Below, piece after piece: positions 44,672 to 55,765 of a stretch of 64,000 nt of DNA. Both the position numbers and the translations under genes were made by a program. The number at the start of each line of letters is the position of its first letter. Position 1 is the first letter of the stretch. The notes beneath the pieces were generated by a model, which was given only the letters and a program-made list of their open reading frames with translations, ran no database searches and was not told where the DNA came from. Origin of the DNA: Candidatus Methanoxibalbensis ujae (GTDB lineage Archaea > Halobacteriota > Syntropharchaeia > Alkanophagales > Methanospirareceae); contig JAOQIN010000001.1 in NCBI GenBank assembly GCA_026134085.1, positions 21,344 through 85,343 of the forward strand. Direction: 5' to 3'.

Positions 44672-47600
44672 TTATTCTCTCAAAATTTCCTCATATTTCT
44701 TCTTCCAAGCCTCCACTTCCTCTTTCGTCACGACATCTATGGAACCGCCCTGAAATTCGCCTTCAACGACTCCTATTTTTTCCTCCATCCACCCCTCAAC
44801 CTCCAGAAGCGCCGCCCTCAAGCCATCAATAACATCTTCAGATGCTTTCCACAGCCCTCTTTCATATGCCTCAATCAACCTTCTGCCGATCTCTTCAAGA
44901 GCCCAGGGATTTTCACCCTCAAAAAACTTTCGCATATTCTTATCAAGAACGAAAGTGCGGGCGATTTCATCAAAGATCCAATCACTCACTTCCTCTGTTG
45001 ATGCTTCCCATCCGTAAACTCTGCCTATTCTTTTTGATATTTCGCTTGCTCCGCTGTATCCGTGCTTTTTCATACCCTCTATCCATTTGGGATTCAGCAG
45101 TTTTGCGCGCACCACTCTCCTTATCTCCGAAGCAAGTGTTCTGACCTCAACATTATCAGAGCGCGTGTCTCCGTAGAGGGCGATCACATCTTTTCCCGAA
45201 ATCTCGCGAGCAGCAGCTGTGAGACCACCATGTGTGCTGAAGTAGCAGCAGCATCCGAGAATGTCGTATTCGTCTGTTGTTGTCTTGTTGAATGTTACAG
45301 AAACCGTTTTTAGCTGCGATAAGAGAGATTTGTGAGCTTTTATACCGAATTTCCTGTCACCGTAAGCGTAGCCGTTCCAGTATATGAATATCTCTGTAAG
45401 GTCCTTCTGCGTGTTCCATGCAGATGCATATACAGCGAGATTCACACCGCTGCCATATGTTCCTGGTTTTGATGAGAATATGCGTGCATGAGTGTCTTCA
45501 CATTTGTTTTCGTTCTCAATTGCGTGTTTTCTCAGGAAATTAAGCGAAGTTGGTTCGTCAAGAGATGAAACCTCCCTGAATGCGCGGTCGAGGAGCTCAA
45601 TGCAGTTGTAGAAGCAGTCTCTTATGATTGCGCTCACACGCACAGTCACATCTATGCGCGGTCTTCCAAGAGTTTCAGCGGGAATTATCCTGAAATCAAC
45701 CACACGACCGTCAGCATCCCAGACAGGTTCAACACCTATGAGATACATTATCTGAGCGAGCTGCTCTCCATCAGCCCACATTATATCTGATGCCATCCAG
45801 TACATGGCCACATTCTCCGGAAATTCCCCCTTTTCCTCCTCATATCTGCGCAACATCGCATCAGCAAGCTTCTTGCCGACTTCCCATGCGGCCTTTGTGG
45901 GTATTTTGAACGGGTCAAGCGAGTAGAAATTGCGACCTGTCGGCAGGATATCTGTTTTTCCTTTTGTTATAAGGCCTGAGGCACCCGGCTCTATGTATCC
46001 CGCATCAAATCCGTGCATAAGAGCACCCATTTCGTCTGTCGCATCCAATCTCGCTGCTATCTCCCTCACAGCATCTCTCAGCTCGGAGAACTCCGCTTCC
46101 ATGCTCTTTGCCGCGATTTTGAGAGCCTCATCCTCATGCTCCTCGCAGTCCTCGCAGGAGCGCAACGCAGCGGTGTCACCATCATCGCTCAAAAATCCGT
46201 GCAGGATTTTTCTTGCTGTGCTGTCAATGAACGCGTTGCTGTCACGATGCTCCTCTGACGCCTGCGCATTCATTTTTGCATTTGCCTTCACATTTACACG
46301 CTGAAGAAGTTTGCGCACGGCTTCTCTGAATTTCTGTCGCAGTACGGCGTATATGAAGTTCTCTTTCTGCGCTCCTTCAGGAGTCTCGCCGAACACATGC
46401 ATGCCTTCAGGAATCTGCGAGTCGTATATCTGAGACAAAGCCTCATGAACAGCATTCAGAAAATCATTGAAATCCTCATATACACGGATTTCATCGTATA
46501 TGCGGGTATTGCGGATCATATCCATGATCTGATTTCGCAGCGCATGAGCTCTCTCGGTGTTCTTTTGATTTTGAATTCTGCGATATTCATCTATTAAATC
46601 ATCAAGCGCTTTGAGATCCCCATACAAGCCGCTTTCAGTGAGAACAGCCTGAAGATGGTCTATGAGTGTTGCATAGCTGCGTCTCTTTGCTATTGTGCCT
46701 TCGGGAGGGTTGTCCGCGTTGTAGATGTAGAGATGAGGGACATCACCTATTGCGATATCGGGAAAACAGCACTCTGATAGGCCCACAGATTTTCCGGGAA
46801 GAAATTCAAGATTTCCATGCGTGCCAACATGCACAATCACATCAGCGCCGAATATGCGATCAATGTAATGATAGGTGGCGAGATACTGATGCGTCGGTGG
46901 TGTTTCCGGGTCATGAAGGATTTTGCACACATGCCCATCGCATCTCGCACCGGCACATCCTCTCTTTGGCTGCACGCACACGATTGCATTTCCATATCTG
47001 ATGCCTGTTATCACTATTTTTCCGTCATACACCATGGCATTACCCGGCGGCCTTCCCCAGACATCGCATACTTTCTTCCGCACCTCTTCATCCAAACTGT
47101 TGAACCAGCGCTCATATTCCTCACCGCTCAGATACAGTGCGCCTCCTTTTGCAACAATCTCATCCACAGTTGTCCATCTGAACTCTGATATTGCTTTTCT
47201 CCGCATTATCTCATCAATCAACGCCTTTCCATCCTCAGGCGGTTCTTCAATCGCATAACCCTCATCACGCAATCTTTTGAGAATGCGAGATACGCTCTCA
47301 AGCGCGTCCAGATGAGATGCGCTTCCCACAGTCGCCTCAACAGATGCACATGGCTTGTTATGCAGTATGAACGCAACCTTTCGCTCTGATTTGGGCTTCA
47401 TGCGAAGCGCTATCCACTTATTCACTCGCCGCACAACCTTCCTCACACGCTCCTCCAGAGGCACATGCTCAGTTGCTGCTGTCGCCGACTGTGCGGACGA
47501 TGAAGCTTTCACACCTGCGACGAGAGGCTCTATAAGACCTTCAAACTCCGGCATAGCGACACTCCATCCGACCTCGGCAGCGCTGAGACCGTGAGAATCG

Positions 47601-48445
47601 CCACGCCAATCACTCTCAGTTTTGTGATAAAGGATCAGCGGATGAAACACGGGCACATCAACCTTCTTCAGAGTGCTCACTCCATTTTCGGATGCAGCAA
47701 AAACAGGCTGTAAATTCACGATCGCATCAACATGGCCCATGAAAAACTCTCTTATGACATCCACACCCGTCTTCGCACCAGCATCTCTGTCTCCCATTCC
47801 CATGCTGAACACAGGAATCACACCGGTTCCGCTGCGCTCAAACTCGCGTATCAGTGCATCAACCACAGAAAGATCTCCGTTCAACCAGTATGTGCGATAG
47901 AAAAGTATGCCAACCATCGGACGACGATCATGACTCCCGAAATGCTGAAGATCATACCACTTCAGATAAGAAGCAACATCATCAAACACGCACTCCGCAT
48001 CTGGATGATAAATGCCCTGCCACGGATATTCCTTTGGAGGCTCGTACGGGACTTCAGCGCCTGTAAGCGTGTGCATTATGAACTTCAGCATGTTGACAAC
48101 ATTCTCATAGCCGCCGTATGTGAAATACGCGTTCGCCCTCAAAACAACTTCAGGCGGAACATTTGAGAGAGACATGTCCAAATTGTATCCAAGCGATATC
48201 ACAGGCTTATCTTTCCTCGGAAAATCACCCATCCATTCATGCTCACTCATCCATTCATGCGAGGGATGCAATATGATTATGTCGGCATCCTCAAGCGATT
48301 TCAGACATTCATCACGCCTCCCGGCATCCTTCAGATCATCATGCGTCCATAAAAGCAGATCAATCCCCAGATCCTCACATGCCCTCCTGAGAAGTCCCAC
48401 ATCACTGCTCCACACAACAGATCCTATCTTAACCATGACGCACAC
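44672..48445 (-). CDS. cobN: CobN/Mg-chelatase-family large subunit (cobaltochelatase CobN-like)
   Basis: It is 1257 aa with CobN-family length and motifs throughout. The identification rests on overall pattern. Confidence 0.7.
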   Translation of the reverse strand: MCVMVKIGSVVWSSDVGLLRRACEDLGIDLLLWTHDDLKDAGRRDECLKSLEDADIIILHPSHEWMSEHEWMGDFPRKDKPVISLGYNLDMSLSNVPPEVVLRANAYFTYGGYENVVNMLKFIMHTLTGAEVPYEPPKEYPWQGIYHPDAECVFDDVASYLKWYDLQHFGSHDRRPMVGILFYRTYWLNGDLSVVDALIREFERSGTGVIPVFSMGMGDRDAGAKTGVDVIREFFMGHVDAIVNLQPVFAASENGVSTLKKVDVPVFHPLILYHKTESDWRGDSHGLSAAEVGWSVAMPEFEGLIEPLVAGVKASSSAQSATAATEHVPLEERVRKVVRRVNKWIALRMKPKSERKVAFILHNKPCASVEATVGSASHLDALESVSRILKRLRDEGYAIEEPPEDGKALIDEIMRRKAISEFRWTTVDEIVAKGGALYLSGEEYERWFNSLDEEVRKKVCDVWGRPPGNAMVYDGKIVITGIRYGNAIVCVQPKRGCAGARCDGHVCKILHDPETPPTHQYLATYHYIDRIFGADVIVHVGTHGNLEFLPGKSVGLSECCFPDIAIGDVPHLYIYNADNPPEGTIAKRRSYATLIDHLQAVLTESGLYGDLKALDDLIDEYRRIQNQKNTERAHALRNQIMDMIRNTRIYDEIRVYEDFNDFLNAVHEALSQIYDSQIPEGMHVFGETPEGAQKENFIYAVLRQKFREAVRKLLQRVNVKANAKMNAQASEEHRDSNAFIDSTARKILHGFLSDDGDTAALRSCEDCEEHEDEALKIAAKSMEAEFSELRDAVREIAARLDATDEMGALMHGFDAGYIEPGASGLITKGKTDILPTGRNFYSLDPFKIPTKAAWEVGKKLADAMLRRYEEEKGEFPENVAMYWMASDIMWADGEQLAQIMYLIGVEPVWDADGRVVDFRIIPAETLGRPRIDVTVRVSAIIRDCFYNCIELLDRAFREVSSLDEPTSLNFLRKHAIENENKCEDTHARIFSSKPGTYGSGVNLAVYASAWNTQKDLTEIFIYWNGYAYGDRKFGIKAHKSLLSQLKTVSVTFNKTTTDEYDILGCCCYFSTHGGLTAAAREISGKDVIALYGDTRSDNVEVRTLASEIRRVVRAKLLNPKWIEGMKKHGYSGASEISKRIGRVYGWEASTEEVSDWIFDEIARTFVLDKNMRKFFEGENPWALEEIGRRLIEAYERGLWKASEDVIDGLRAALLEVEGWMEEKIGVVEGEFQGGSIDVVTKEEVEAWKKKYEEILRE

Positions 48446-48585
48446 CTCCTGACAAATCAGACAGTCACTCTCTGCTCCAAGCAGCGCCCCGCTCTTCCGC
48501 TTTCACATCCCCTCTTTTATCCCTTCTTATTATTTTCAAATCTTTATCACATTTTATTCAAAAATATCATATTTTGATGTTGATG

Positions 48586-48632
48586 CCCGGGCGAGGGGAC
48601 GTTTTGGGCGTCCCCCACTTCTTTTTATTTTT
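48586..48632. other. Hairpin (GGGGACG-ttttggg-CGTCCCC) followed by a T-run in the divergent cobN / 48721 intergenic region
   Basis: The inverted repeat is visible. Its position, upstream of both divergent genes, argues for a regulatory element rather than a terminator. Confidence 0.3.
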
Positions 48633-48720
48633 TATAATTAAAATAAAATTTTTATAACATAGACAAACATTTATATCTGCGAAAATTATATATAATAGAA
48701 GTTGAGAATATTGTGATGAG

Positions 48721-49515
48721 ATGAGAGTGGGTGTGAGCTCGTGTATAGTGCGTGAGCTTGGCGGGGGACCTTTGAGCATAGACGATGTTGATATTGTGGA
48801 GCTGAGTGCTGAGGACATACCGCTGTTCCACCGGGATGGGAGCATAAATCATGAGATGCTCCGTTCGCTGGACTCTTTTGATGTTGCGTTCTCCCTGCAT
48901 GTGCCGAACAGCAATGCGACTTTGCGTGAAATTCGCATAAATCTTGCGAAAAAACTGCGCAGAAATATTGAAGTGGTTGAGAGATGCCTGGAAATAGCAT
49001 CTTCGCTCGACATAAAGCATGTTGTTGTGCATGGAGGTGCGGCCTCCCAGTCGCTGCGCGATTATCGCATCGCATTCCTCAACACACTTGAAAATCTCGC
49101 ATATATCGCGGACCTCGCACGCGATCATCAGGTGCTGCTTTGCGTTGAGAACCTCTGCGATGATTGTGTGGGCTGCATTCCAGCTGAGTTGCTGGCGATA
49201 ATCCAGATGACAGGCGTATGCGCAACTGTTGACACGGGACATGCACTTATCACATCAGTGAAATACGGATTTGATCCTGAAGATTTCTTCTACACACTCG
49301 CACCTTTCGTGCAGCATGTTCATCTGCACAGCAATAATGGCCTGAAAGACGAGCATCTTCCAATATATGAGGGCATTCTTGATATAAAAAGCGTGATGAA
49401 TGCGATCTGTCATGTCCGCCCCGCCAATGTCATACTTGAAATACGCAGATTCAGCAGATATGAAGATGTGATAAAAAGCCTGAATACCGTGAGACAATGT
49501 GTGTTTGTTTTTTGA
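48721..49515 (+). CDS. Sugar phosphate isomerase/epimerase (xylose-isomerase-like TIM barrel) family protein
   Basis: It is 264 aa with a pattern of conserved H/E/D residues in a TIM-barrel-length protein. The call is generic. Confidence 0.45.
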   Translation: MRVGVSSCIVRELGGGPLSIDDVDIVELSAEDIPLFHRDGSINHEMLRSLDSFDVAFSLHVPNSNATLREIRINLAKKLRRNIEVVERCLEIASSLDIKHVVVHGGAASQSLRDYRIAFLNTLENLAYIADLARDHQVLLCVENLCDDCVGCIPAELLAIIQMTGVCATVDTGHALITSVKYGFDPEDFFYTLAPFVQHVHLHSNNGLKDEHLPIYEGILDIKSVMNAICHVRPANVILEIRRFSRYEDVIKSLNTVRQCVFVF

Positions 49516-49646
49516 AAAGATGTCATGCACGGCGGCGGCGAAGATCACCGCTCACATTTCCATAGGATCGCATGAGTGTCACGGGGAACATCAGGAGGAT
49601 AACAGAGCAGGGCCAATAATAACAATAAAACAAATCAATCAGGGAA

Positions 49647-51668
49647 ATGCATTGCGGCTGGCTTCTCTTCATAGCTGCGAGTTTTGTGCTCGGTTTATCA
49701 TGTATGCGTTTCAGCATGAGGAGATTGAGCATTGAGTATGTGATATTTTCACTGACATCAGGCATCACATTTGCTGTGTGGATTGCTTATATAATCGCGC
49801 TGTTGCGCAGGTCTGTTGATGATATCACGATATCCGCAACCGTCATACTGTGTATATTTCTGTCCCTTCTGCTGCATAAGTCAGCATCTCAGAATATTTC
49901 TCGGAGAGAGAAGAGCGTTGAAGTGCTGAAGGATATGTTGCATGGCACATCACGCATCTCCATCTCAATTATAATCATAATATTTATAACGATTTACGCT
50001 GTTATAATGAATTTATACTGCGTTCTTCGCCCGGAAAATGGAGATCTGTATGCCATGTATTCTGTTTGGGGAGATTATCCGTTTCATGCATCCGTAATAA
50101 CATCTTTCGTTTACGGTAATAACTTCCCTCCCGTCTATCCGCAGTTCATCGGAAAGCCCATGCATTATCCCGTTATTGTTGACTTTCTATCTGCTGTGCT
50201 CATGTGTGGAGGTCTCGACCTCAGAGCCTCAATATTGCTTCCCAACATAATACTGCAGATATGCATGTTCTGCTCATTCTTCTTCCTCGCACGCAGCCTC
50301 TCATCTGATTACATTGCGGCGATCTCAACACTTCTCCTGATATTCGGAGGATATCCGCCAGACATCACACCGGCAGGTCCAATACAAATACAATTTCTGA
50401 ACGCGGTTTACGCTGTGTTTCTTCCGCAGAGGTCAGCTCTTCTTGGATTCAGCATATCATTCCTCATATATATGCTGCTTGCGAGCGATGCGCCGCAGAA
50501 GAGAAATAAGCTGATTGCAGGAACGCTTGCGGGAACTCTCCCCCTCATACATGCACACTCTTTTATCGTTGTGTCATTCGTATCAGCATTCCTTGTGTTT
50601 TTCAGAGTTCTGTCATCCATATCATCAGTTCCATCCTCATTGTCACCCGGCTCAATTGCATCATTTGCATCATTTTTTATATCATCACTGAAGCGTGAGG
50701 CGATAATGTTTGCACCGCTCCTCGCACTCTCTGTTCCGCAGGTCCTCGCGATAAGATCGCAGGTGTCCGGTGATTTCTTCTCATTTTATCCCGGATGGAC
50801 CGATGCGAATGCGCGGGCAATAACACATCTCGACTGGTCAAATCCAGTTTCCGCATTTGTTTCATCATGTGTTGCTCTTCTCATCATGGTGAGCTTTTGG
50901 GGATTGAATCTGAATTTGCTTGCATTTTTAATTCCAATTGGTTTTCTTCATGCGAAAACAAAAATATTTTACACGCCTTTTTTCATCATATTCATAATTG
51001 CAAACCTCATTAAATTTCAACCTTGGTGGTGGGACAACTACAAGATACTTCTGCACTGGTATGCAATATCCACAATACTGGCGGCTTCGGCAATTGTTTT
51101 TATATATAAAATCAGCATGAACAACGCACCGACAGGTGAGAGGAAGGAAAACCGCACGAGAGCAGAAAGTCGTCGCGGCGCATTGATCTGTGCGGCATTG
51201 ATCTGTGCGGTTTTATTGATGATAACGACGATATCTGGCATTGCCACACACATATACATGTTTGAGAATCAGGCCGTCCTCTGGACAGAGGATGATTTTG
51301 AGCTTGCATCCTGGATAATTGAGAACACGCCGCCAGAATCTGTATTTCTCACAGCAGGCGGATATTCCGCGCACAATCATCCCGTCCCGGCACTTGCAGG
51401 CAGGCGCATACCGCTCGGATACATGGGATGGCTATGGTCTCACGGGTTCAACTGGTCGGAATTACAGAAAACAGAGAGGGATTTGACAGAGATGTTCAGG
51501 GGAAATGAATCTCTTCTCTCAAAATATGATATTGATTACATATGTGTCGGTCCATTTGAGGAGGATTTTGCGAGAAAAAAAGGTTTCAGTATAAACATTT
51601 CAGGATGTAAGCTTATATATGATCGGAATTTTTCCACCGGAAGATGGCGGATATATGTCAGGAACTAA
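49647..51668 (+). CDS. Polytopic membrane protein with C-terminal soluble domain, GT-C-fold glycosyltransferase-like (tentative)
   Basis: It is 673 aa with more than 12 TM helices and a C-terminal extracytoplasmic domain. The architecture resembles PMT/ArnT/AglB-like GT-C enzymes. No definitive motif was found. Confidence 0.3.
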   Translation: MHCGWLLFIAASFVLGLSCMRFSMRRLSIEYVIFSLTSGITFAVWIAYIIALLRRSVDDITISATVILCIFLSLLLHKSASQNISRREKSVEVLKDMLHGTSRISISIIIIIFITIYAVIMNLYCVLRPENGDLYAMYSVWGDYPFHASVITSFVYGNNFPPVYPQFIGKPMHYPVIVDFLSAVLMCGGLDLRASILLPNIILQICMFCSFFFLARSLSSDYIAAISTLLLIFGGYPPDITPAGPIQIQFLNAVYAVFLPQRSALLGFSISFLIYMLLASDAPQKRNKLIAGTLAGTLPLIHAHSFIVVSFVSAFLVFFRVLSSISSVPSSLSPGSIASFASFFISSLKREAIMFAPLLALSVPQVLAIRSQVSGDFFSFYPGWTDANARAITHLDWSNPVSAFVSSCVALLIMVSFWGLNLNLLAFLIPIGFLHAKTKIFYTPFFIIFIIANLIKFQPWWWDNYKILLHWYAISTILAASAIVFIYKISMNNAPTGERKENRTRAESRRGALICAALICAVLLMITTISGIATHIYMFENQAVLWTEDDFELASWIIENTPPESVFLTAGGYSAHNHPVPALAGRRIPLGYMGWLWSHGFNWSELQKTERDLTEMFRGNESLLSKYDIDYICVGPFEEDFARKKGFSINISGCKLIYDRNFSTGRWRIYVRN

Positions 51669-51791
51669 TTATAAAATCTGTGAATGGAGTGTTATGTTAT
51701 GGTCTGCGTCAAGTTGCAGCAATGCTATTCAATCATGGCCGGAGATCAGGAGTGGGTGTGAACTAAGAGGGATGAACACAAACAGCATCAT

Positions 51792-53024
51792 ATGGAGCGA
51801 AAGGGTGAGATGTCGGATGAGGAAGTTCTGAGCGCTCTGATGCGTGGCGATCTTAAGATGCATGAGATTGAGCGGGCTGTCGGGGGAGATGTCCCTCGTG
51901 CCGTTGAGTTGAGGCGTGCATTTGTGGAGAGGAAAACAGGAAAGCATCTCAGAAATATCGGAAATTTCTCCTTTGACGCTGAGATGGCAATGCGCCGCAA
52001 CATTGAGAACATGATAGGCGCTGCTCAGATCCCCATGGGCGTTGCAGGACCGCTTCTGTGTAAAGGCGATGCATCAGGTGAGTTCTTCATACCTCTTGCA
52101 ACGACAGAGGGCGCATTGGTCGCATCTGTGAACAGAGGATGCGCCGCCATCAACCGCTCAGGAGGTGCATATGCATTTGTCATTGCAGATGGAATGACCC
52201 GTGCCCCTGTCTTTCGAGCGAATTCGGTGCAGGATGCCATAAATGCGGTTAATTTCATTCGTGATAACGAGGATAAGATGCGTGAAATCGCAGAATCTAC
52301 ATCAAAACATCTGAAATTAAAGGAGATTCAGCCATTTTTTGTTGGAAGAAATGTTTTTTTGCGTTTTGTATGCGAGACAGGAGATGCGATGGGTATGAAC
52401 ATGGTGACAATTGCGACTGATGAAGTTTCTTCTTTCATAGAGGAGCATACATCGCTGCGATCAATTGCTATAAGCGGCAATGTATGTGTGGATAAAAAGC
52501 CATCCGCAGTTAATTTGATACTGGGCAGAGGGAAAACAGTCATTGCTGATGTTTTTTTGAGAGATGATGTTGTGGAGGATGTGCTTAAAACGACAAAAGA
52601 TGCGATGTTTGAAGTTGTGATGAGGAAATGTTTTGTCGGGAGCGCGTTTTCATCATCTCTCGGATTCAACGCGCATTTCGCAAACATCATCGCTGCGATT
52701 TTCATAGCCACGGGTCAGGATGTTGCGCATACAGTGGAGGGCTCACTCGGATTCACGACCGCTGAGGTCGAGGAGGGCGGCATTCATTTTGCGGTCACAC
52801 TGCCATCACTTCAAGTCGGAACCGTGGGAGGCGGCACCTCTCTCGGCACGCAGCGTGAGGCTCTGGATATCATGGGTGTCTCAGGAAGCGGCTCTCCCGA
52901 GGGCTCAAACGCTCGTAAATTTGCTGCAATTGTTGCATGCGCTGTCCTTGCGGGCGAGATATCGCTTATCGCGGCGATTTCAGCTCGCCACCTCACACAG
53001 GCTCATATGAGACTGAACCGCTGA
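51792..53024 (+). CDS. hmgA: 3-hydroxy-3-methylglutaryl-CoA reductase (class I)
   Basis: It has the signatures EMAMRRNIENMIGAAQIPMGVAGPL and GDAMGMNMV, the C-terminal region ...VACAVLAGEISL and the His-containing end. Confidence 0.85.
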   Translation: MERKGEMSDEEVLSALMRGDLKMHEIERAVGGDVPRAVELRRAFVERKTGKHLRNIGNFSFDAEMAMRRNIENMIGAAQIPMGVAGPLLCKGDASGEFFIPLATTEGALVASVNRGCAAINRSGGAYAFVIADGMTRAPVFRANSVQDAINAVNFIRDNEDKMREIAESTSKHLKLKEIQPFFVGRNVFLRFVCETGDAMGMNMVTIATDEVSSFIEEHTSLRSIAISGNVCVDKKPSAVNLILGRGKTVIADVFLRDDVVEDVLKTTKDAMFEVVMRKCFVGSAFSSSLGFNAHFANIIAAIFIATGQDVAHTVEGSLGFTTAEVEEGGIHFAVTLPSLQVGTVGGGTSLGTQREALDIMGVSGSGSPEGSNARKFAAIVACAVLAGEISLIAAISARHLTQAHMRLNR

Positions 53025-53073
53025 ATCTCTCAATCTCCCATCTATAAATATTTTATGCTGCAATGCCGTATAA

Positions 53074-53859
53074 ATGAGGGGACTGGACGAGGCAAGGGTT
53101 TCAGAAGTGATCGTGCGATCATACATGAATGCGTTTCTTGATGCGCTGAATATTGATGTTGCGGTCATTGGTGCAGGTCCTTCCGGGATGACTGCCGCTT
53201 ATTATCTTGCGAAGAGAGGTGTGAAGACTGCGATATTTGAGCGTCATATACATGTGGGCGGTGGCATGCCGGGCGGAGGTATGATGTTTCCGCGCATTGT
53301 AATTGAGGAGGAGGCGAGAGAGATCACAGAGGAGTTTGAGATACATATTGAGGATTTCGGTGACGGATATCTTGTTGCTGATGCAGTTGAAGCGGTTGCG
53401 ATGCTGTGTGCAAAATGTCTCAAGTCAGGTGCTCGCATATTCAATATGATAAGCGTTGAGGATGTTGTGTTTCGTGATGGTCGCATATGCGGTGTTGTGC
53501 TCAACTGGTCGGCGGCTGAGCGTGCGAAAATTCATGTTGACCCTCTTGTCGTCCGTTCTGATGTCGTGATAGATGCAACCGGTCATGATGCTGAGATATG
53601 CAGAATTGTTGAGCGCAAAATATCAGCATCACTGCGCACAGACACAGGCGGAGTGATAGGTGAGCGATCAATGTGGGCTGAAATGGGAGAGAAAGCGCTT
53701 ATAGAGAACACCAGGGAAATCTTTCCGGGTCTCATTGTTGCGGGAATGGCTGCAAATGCAGTTGCGGGATCTCCCAGAATGGGTGCTGTCTTTGGAGGAA
53801 TGTTCCTATCGGGAAAAAAAGCTGCTGAAATTGCATATGATATCGTGACAAGACGGTGA
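53074..53859 (+). CDS. thi4: Thiamine thiazole synthase Thi4 (archaeal)
   Basis: It has the FAD-binding DVAVIGAGPSGMTAAYYLAK motif, the HVGGGMPGGGMMF motif and the Thi4 length. Confidence 0.8.
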   Translation: MRGLDEARVSEVIVRSYMNAFLDALNIDVAVIGAGPSGMTAAYYLAKRGVKTAIFERHIHVGGGMPGGGMMFPRIVIEEEAREITEEFEIHIEDFGDGYLVADAVEAVAMLCAKCLKSGARIFNMISVEDVVFRDGRICGVVLNWSAAERAKIHVDPLVVRSDVVIDATGHDAEICRIVERKISASLRTDTGGVIGERSMWAEMGEKALIENTREIFPGLIVAGMAANAVAGSPRMGAVFGGMFLSGKKAAEIAYDIVTRR

Positions 53860-54662
53860 GGAGCATGCTTGAGATATCAGATCTGGCGGTTGAGGTCGGC
53901 GGAAAACTTGTGTTGGACGGCATAAATCTGCGCATAGGCGAGGGCGAAGTTCATGCACTTCTCGGACCGAACGGTTCCGGGAAGACATCACTGATAATGG
54001 CGATTCTCGGCTTCCCTGAATACAAAGTTGTGAGAGGCTCAATAAAGTTCAGGAGCGTTGAGCTCACCTCCATTCCGACGGATGAGCGTGTTAGGCTCGG
54101 AATAGGCATCGCGTTCCAGAGACCTCCCACAATACGCGGAGTGAAGCTGCTTGACATGCTGCTTGTGTGCAGGCGAGCGCAGCGTGATGGGCAGAAGAAC
54201 GATGAAGCTGTGCTTGACGAGGAGATGTTGAGGATGGCAGAGCGGCTGAAATTTGATGAAAATTTCCTGCACAGGGATGTGAATCTCGGATTCTCAGGTG
54301 GAGAGACGAAGAGAGCGGAGATACTGCAGCTCCTCATTCAGAATCCGGATTTGATATTGTTTGATGAACCGGATTCCGGCGTTGACATAGAGAATGTTGA
54401 GCTGATAGGAGAGGTGATAAATGAGATACTGCAGCGGGGTGAAAAACCCTCGGTGAGAAAGAAATCCGCACTTATAATCACTCATACAGGATTCATATTC
54501 AACTATGTGAGGGCTGACAGGGCTCATGTGCTTCTAAACGGAAAGATAGCATGCTCAGGAATTCCTGATGAGATAATAAAGCAGATAATGGAGGAGGGAT
54601 TTGAGAAATGCATCAGAGAATGCCTCAGCGAGCAGCAGGTGAGAGAAGGTGAGAGGAAATGA
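53856..54662 (+). CDS. sufC: Fe-S cluster assembly ATPase SufC
   Basis: It has Walker A GPNGSGKTSL, the ABC signature LSGGETKR and Walker B ILFDEPDSGVD. Its start overlaps the thi4 stop. Confidence 0.8.
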   Translation: MRSMLEISDLAVEVGGKLVLDGINLRIGEGEVHALLGPNGSGKTSLIMAILGFPEYKVVRGSIKFRSVELTSIPTDERVRLGIGIAFQRPPTIRGVKLLDMLLVCRRAQRDGQKNDEAVLDEEMLRMAERLKFDENFLHRDVNLGFSGGETKRAEILQLLIQNPDLILFDEPDSGVDIENVELIGEVINEILQRGEKPSVRKKSALIITHTGFIFNYVRADRAHVLLNGKIACSGIPDEIIKQIMEEGFEKCIRECLSEQQVREGERK

Positions 54663-55765
54663 ATGAGGATTTAAATGAACAGCGTGAGAGACTTCTCATG
54701 TCAGGCATTGACCTCAGTGAGAAGGAGCGCTCGGGCACTTTCATACAGAAAGATGCTGAGATATTGCTGACTGTGGCGAGGCATGCCGGGCTGGAGGTGA
54801 TGCCCATAGGCGAGGCTCTTGAGACATATGAGTGGCTGCGCCGGGATTATTTCTGGAAGGCTGTACCCGCTGATAAGGACGCATACACCAGAGCAGCATC
54901 CCGCGAGAGAGAGATCAGGGGCGTTTTCGTGCGCGCAAAAAGTGGCGTGAAAATAGAGTTTCCAGTGCAGGCATGCTTCTTCATCGCAACAGAGCGAACC
55001 GCACAGAAGGTGCATAACATCATCATCGCAGAGGATGACGCCGAAATTCACATGATCACAGGATGCTCAGTCCCTGAAAAGTTCGGAAGCGCCGTTCATA
55101 TAGGAATTTCTGAGTTTTTTGTTGGTAAAAATGCAAAAATGTCTTTCGCTATGATACATAATTGGACGAGTGATGTCGGTGTTCGCCCGAGAAGTGCGGT
55201 GATTATAAATGAGGGAGGCTCTTTCGTGAGCAATTATATATGTATGGAGCCTGTCAAGAGCGTTCAGATGTATCCTGTTGCGTATTGTGTGGGAGAAAAT
55301 GCGCTTGCAATATTTCAATCAGTTCTGTATGGCAGGGAGCATGCCAAAATGGATGTGGGATCTGCTGCCTTTCTCTCCGCGGAAGGTTCCCGTGCTGAAA
55401 TAAACTCAAGGGCTATCGCAACTGACAGCGCTGAGATAACTGCGAGAGGTGAGATAGTGGGCGAGAGACCCAGGGTCAAGGGTCATCTTGAATGCAGAGG
55501 TCTCATCCTATCTGAGAGGGCGATGATAAATGCGATCCCCTCGCTTAAGGCCACGCATCATGATGTTGAGCTCTCTCACGAGGCTGCAGTTGGCAAGATA
55601 GCGGAGGAAGAGGTGAGATATCTCATGGCTCGTGGACTCAGCGAGGAGGAGGCAACCTCTTTCATCATTCGTGGGTTCCTGAGCATTGACATAAAGGGAC
55701 TGCCTGAAAAACTCGCAGATCAGGTTAGAAGCATCGTGAAGATAAGCGCTGAAAGGCTTATATGA
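54659..55765 (+). CDS. sufBD: Fe-S cluster assembly protein SufB/SufD family
   Basis: It directly follows sufC with overlap. Its length and beta-helix-type repeat pattern are typical of SufBD. Confidence 0.65.
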   Translation: MNEDLNEQRERLLMSGIDLSEKERSGTFIQKDAEILLTVARHAGLEVMPIGEALETYEWLRRDYFWKAVPADKDAYTRAASREREIRGVFVRAKSGVKIEFPVQACFFIATERTAQKVHNIIIAEDDAEIHMITGCSVPEKFGSAVHIGISEFFVGKNAKMSFAMIHNWTSDVGVRPRSAVIINEGGSFVSNYICMEPVKSVQMYPVAYCVGENALAIFQSVLYGREHAKMDVGSAAFLSAEGSRAEINSRAIATDSAEITARGEIVGERPRVKGHLECRGLILSERAMINAIPSLKATHHDVELSHEAAVGKIAEEEVRYLMARGLSEEEATSFIIRGFLSIDIKGLPEKLADQVRSIVKISAERLI

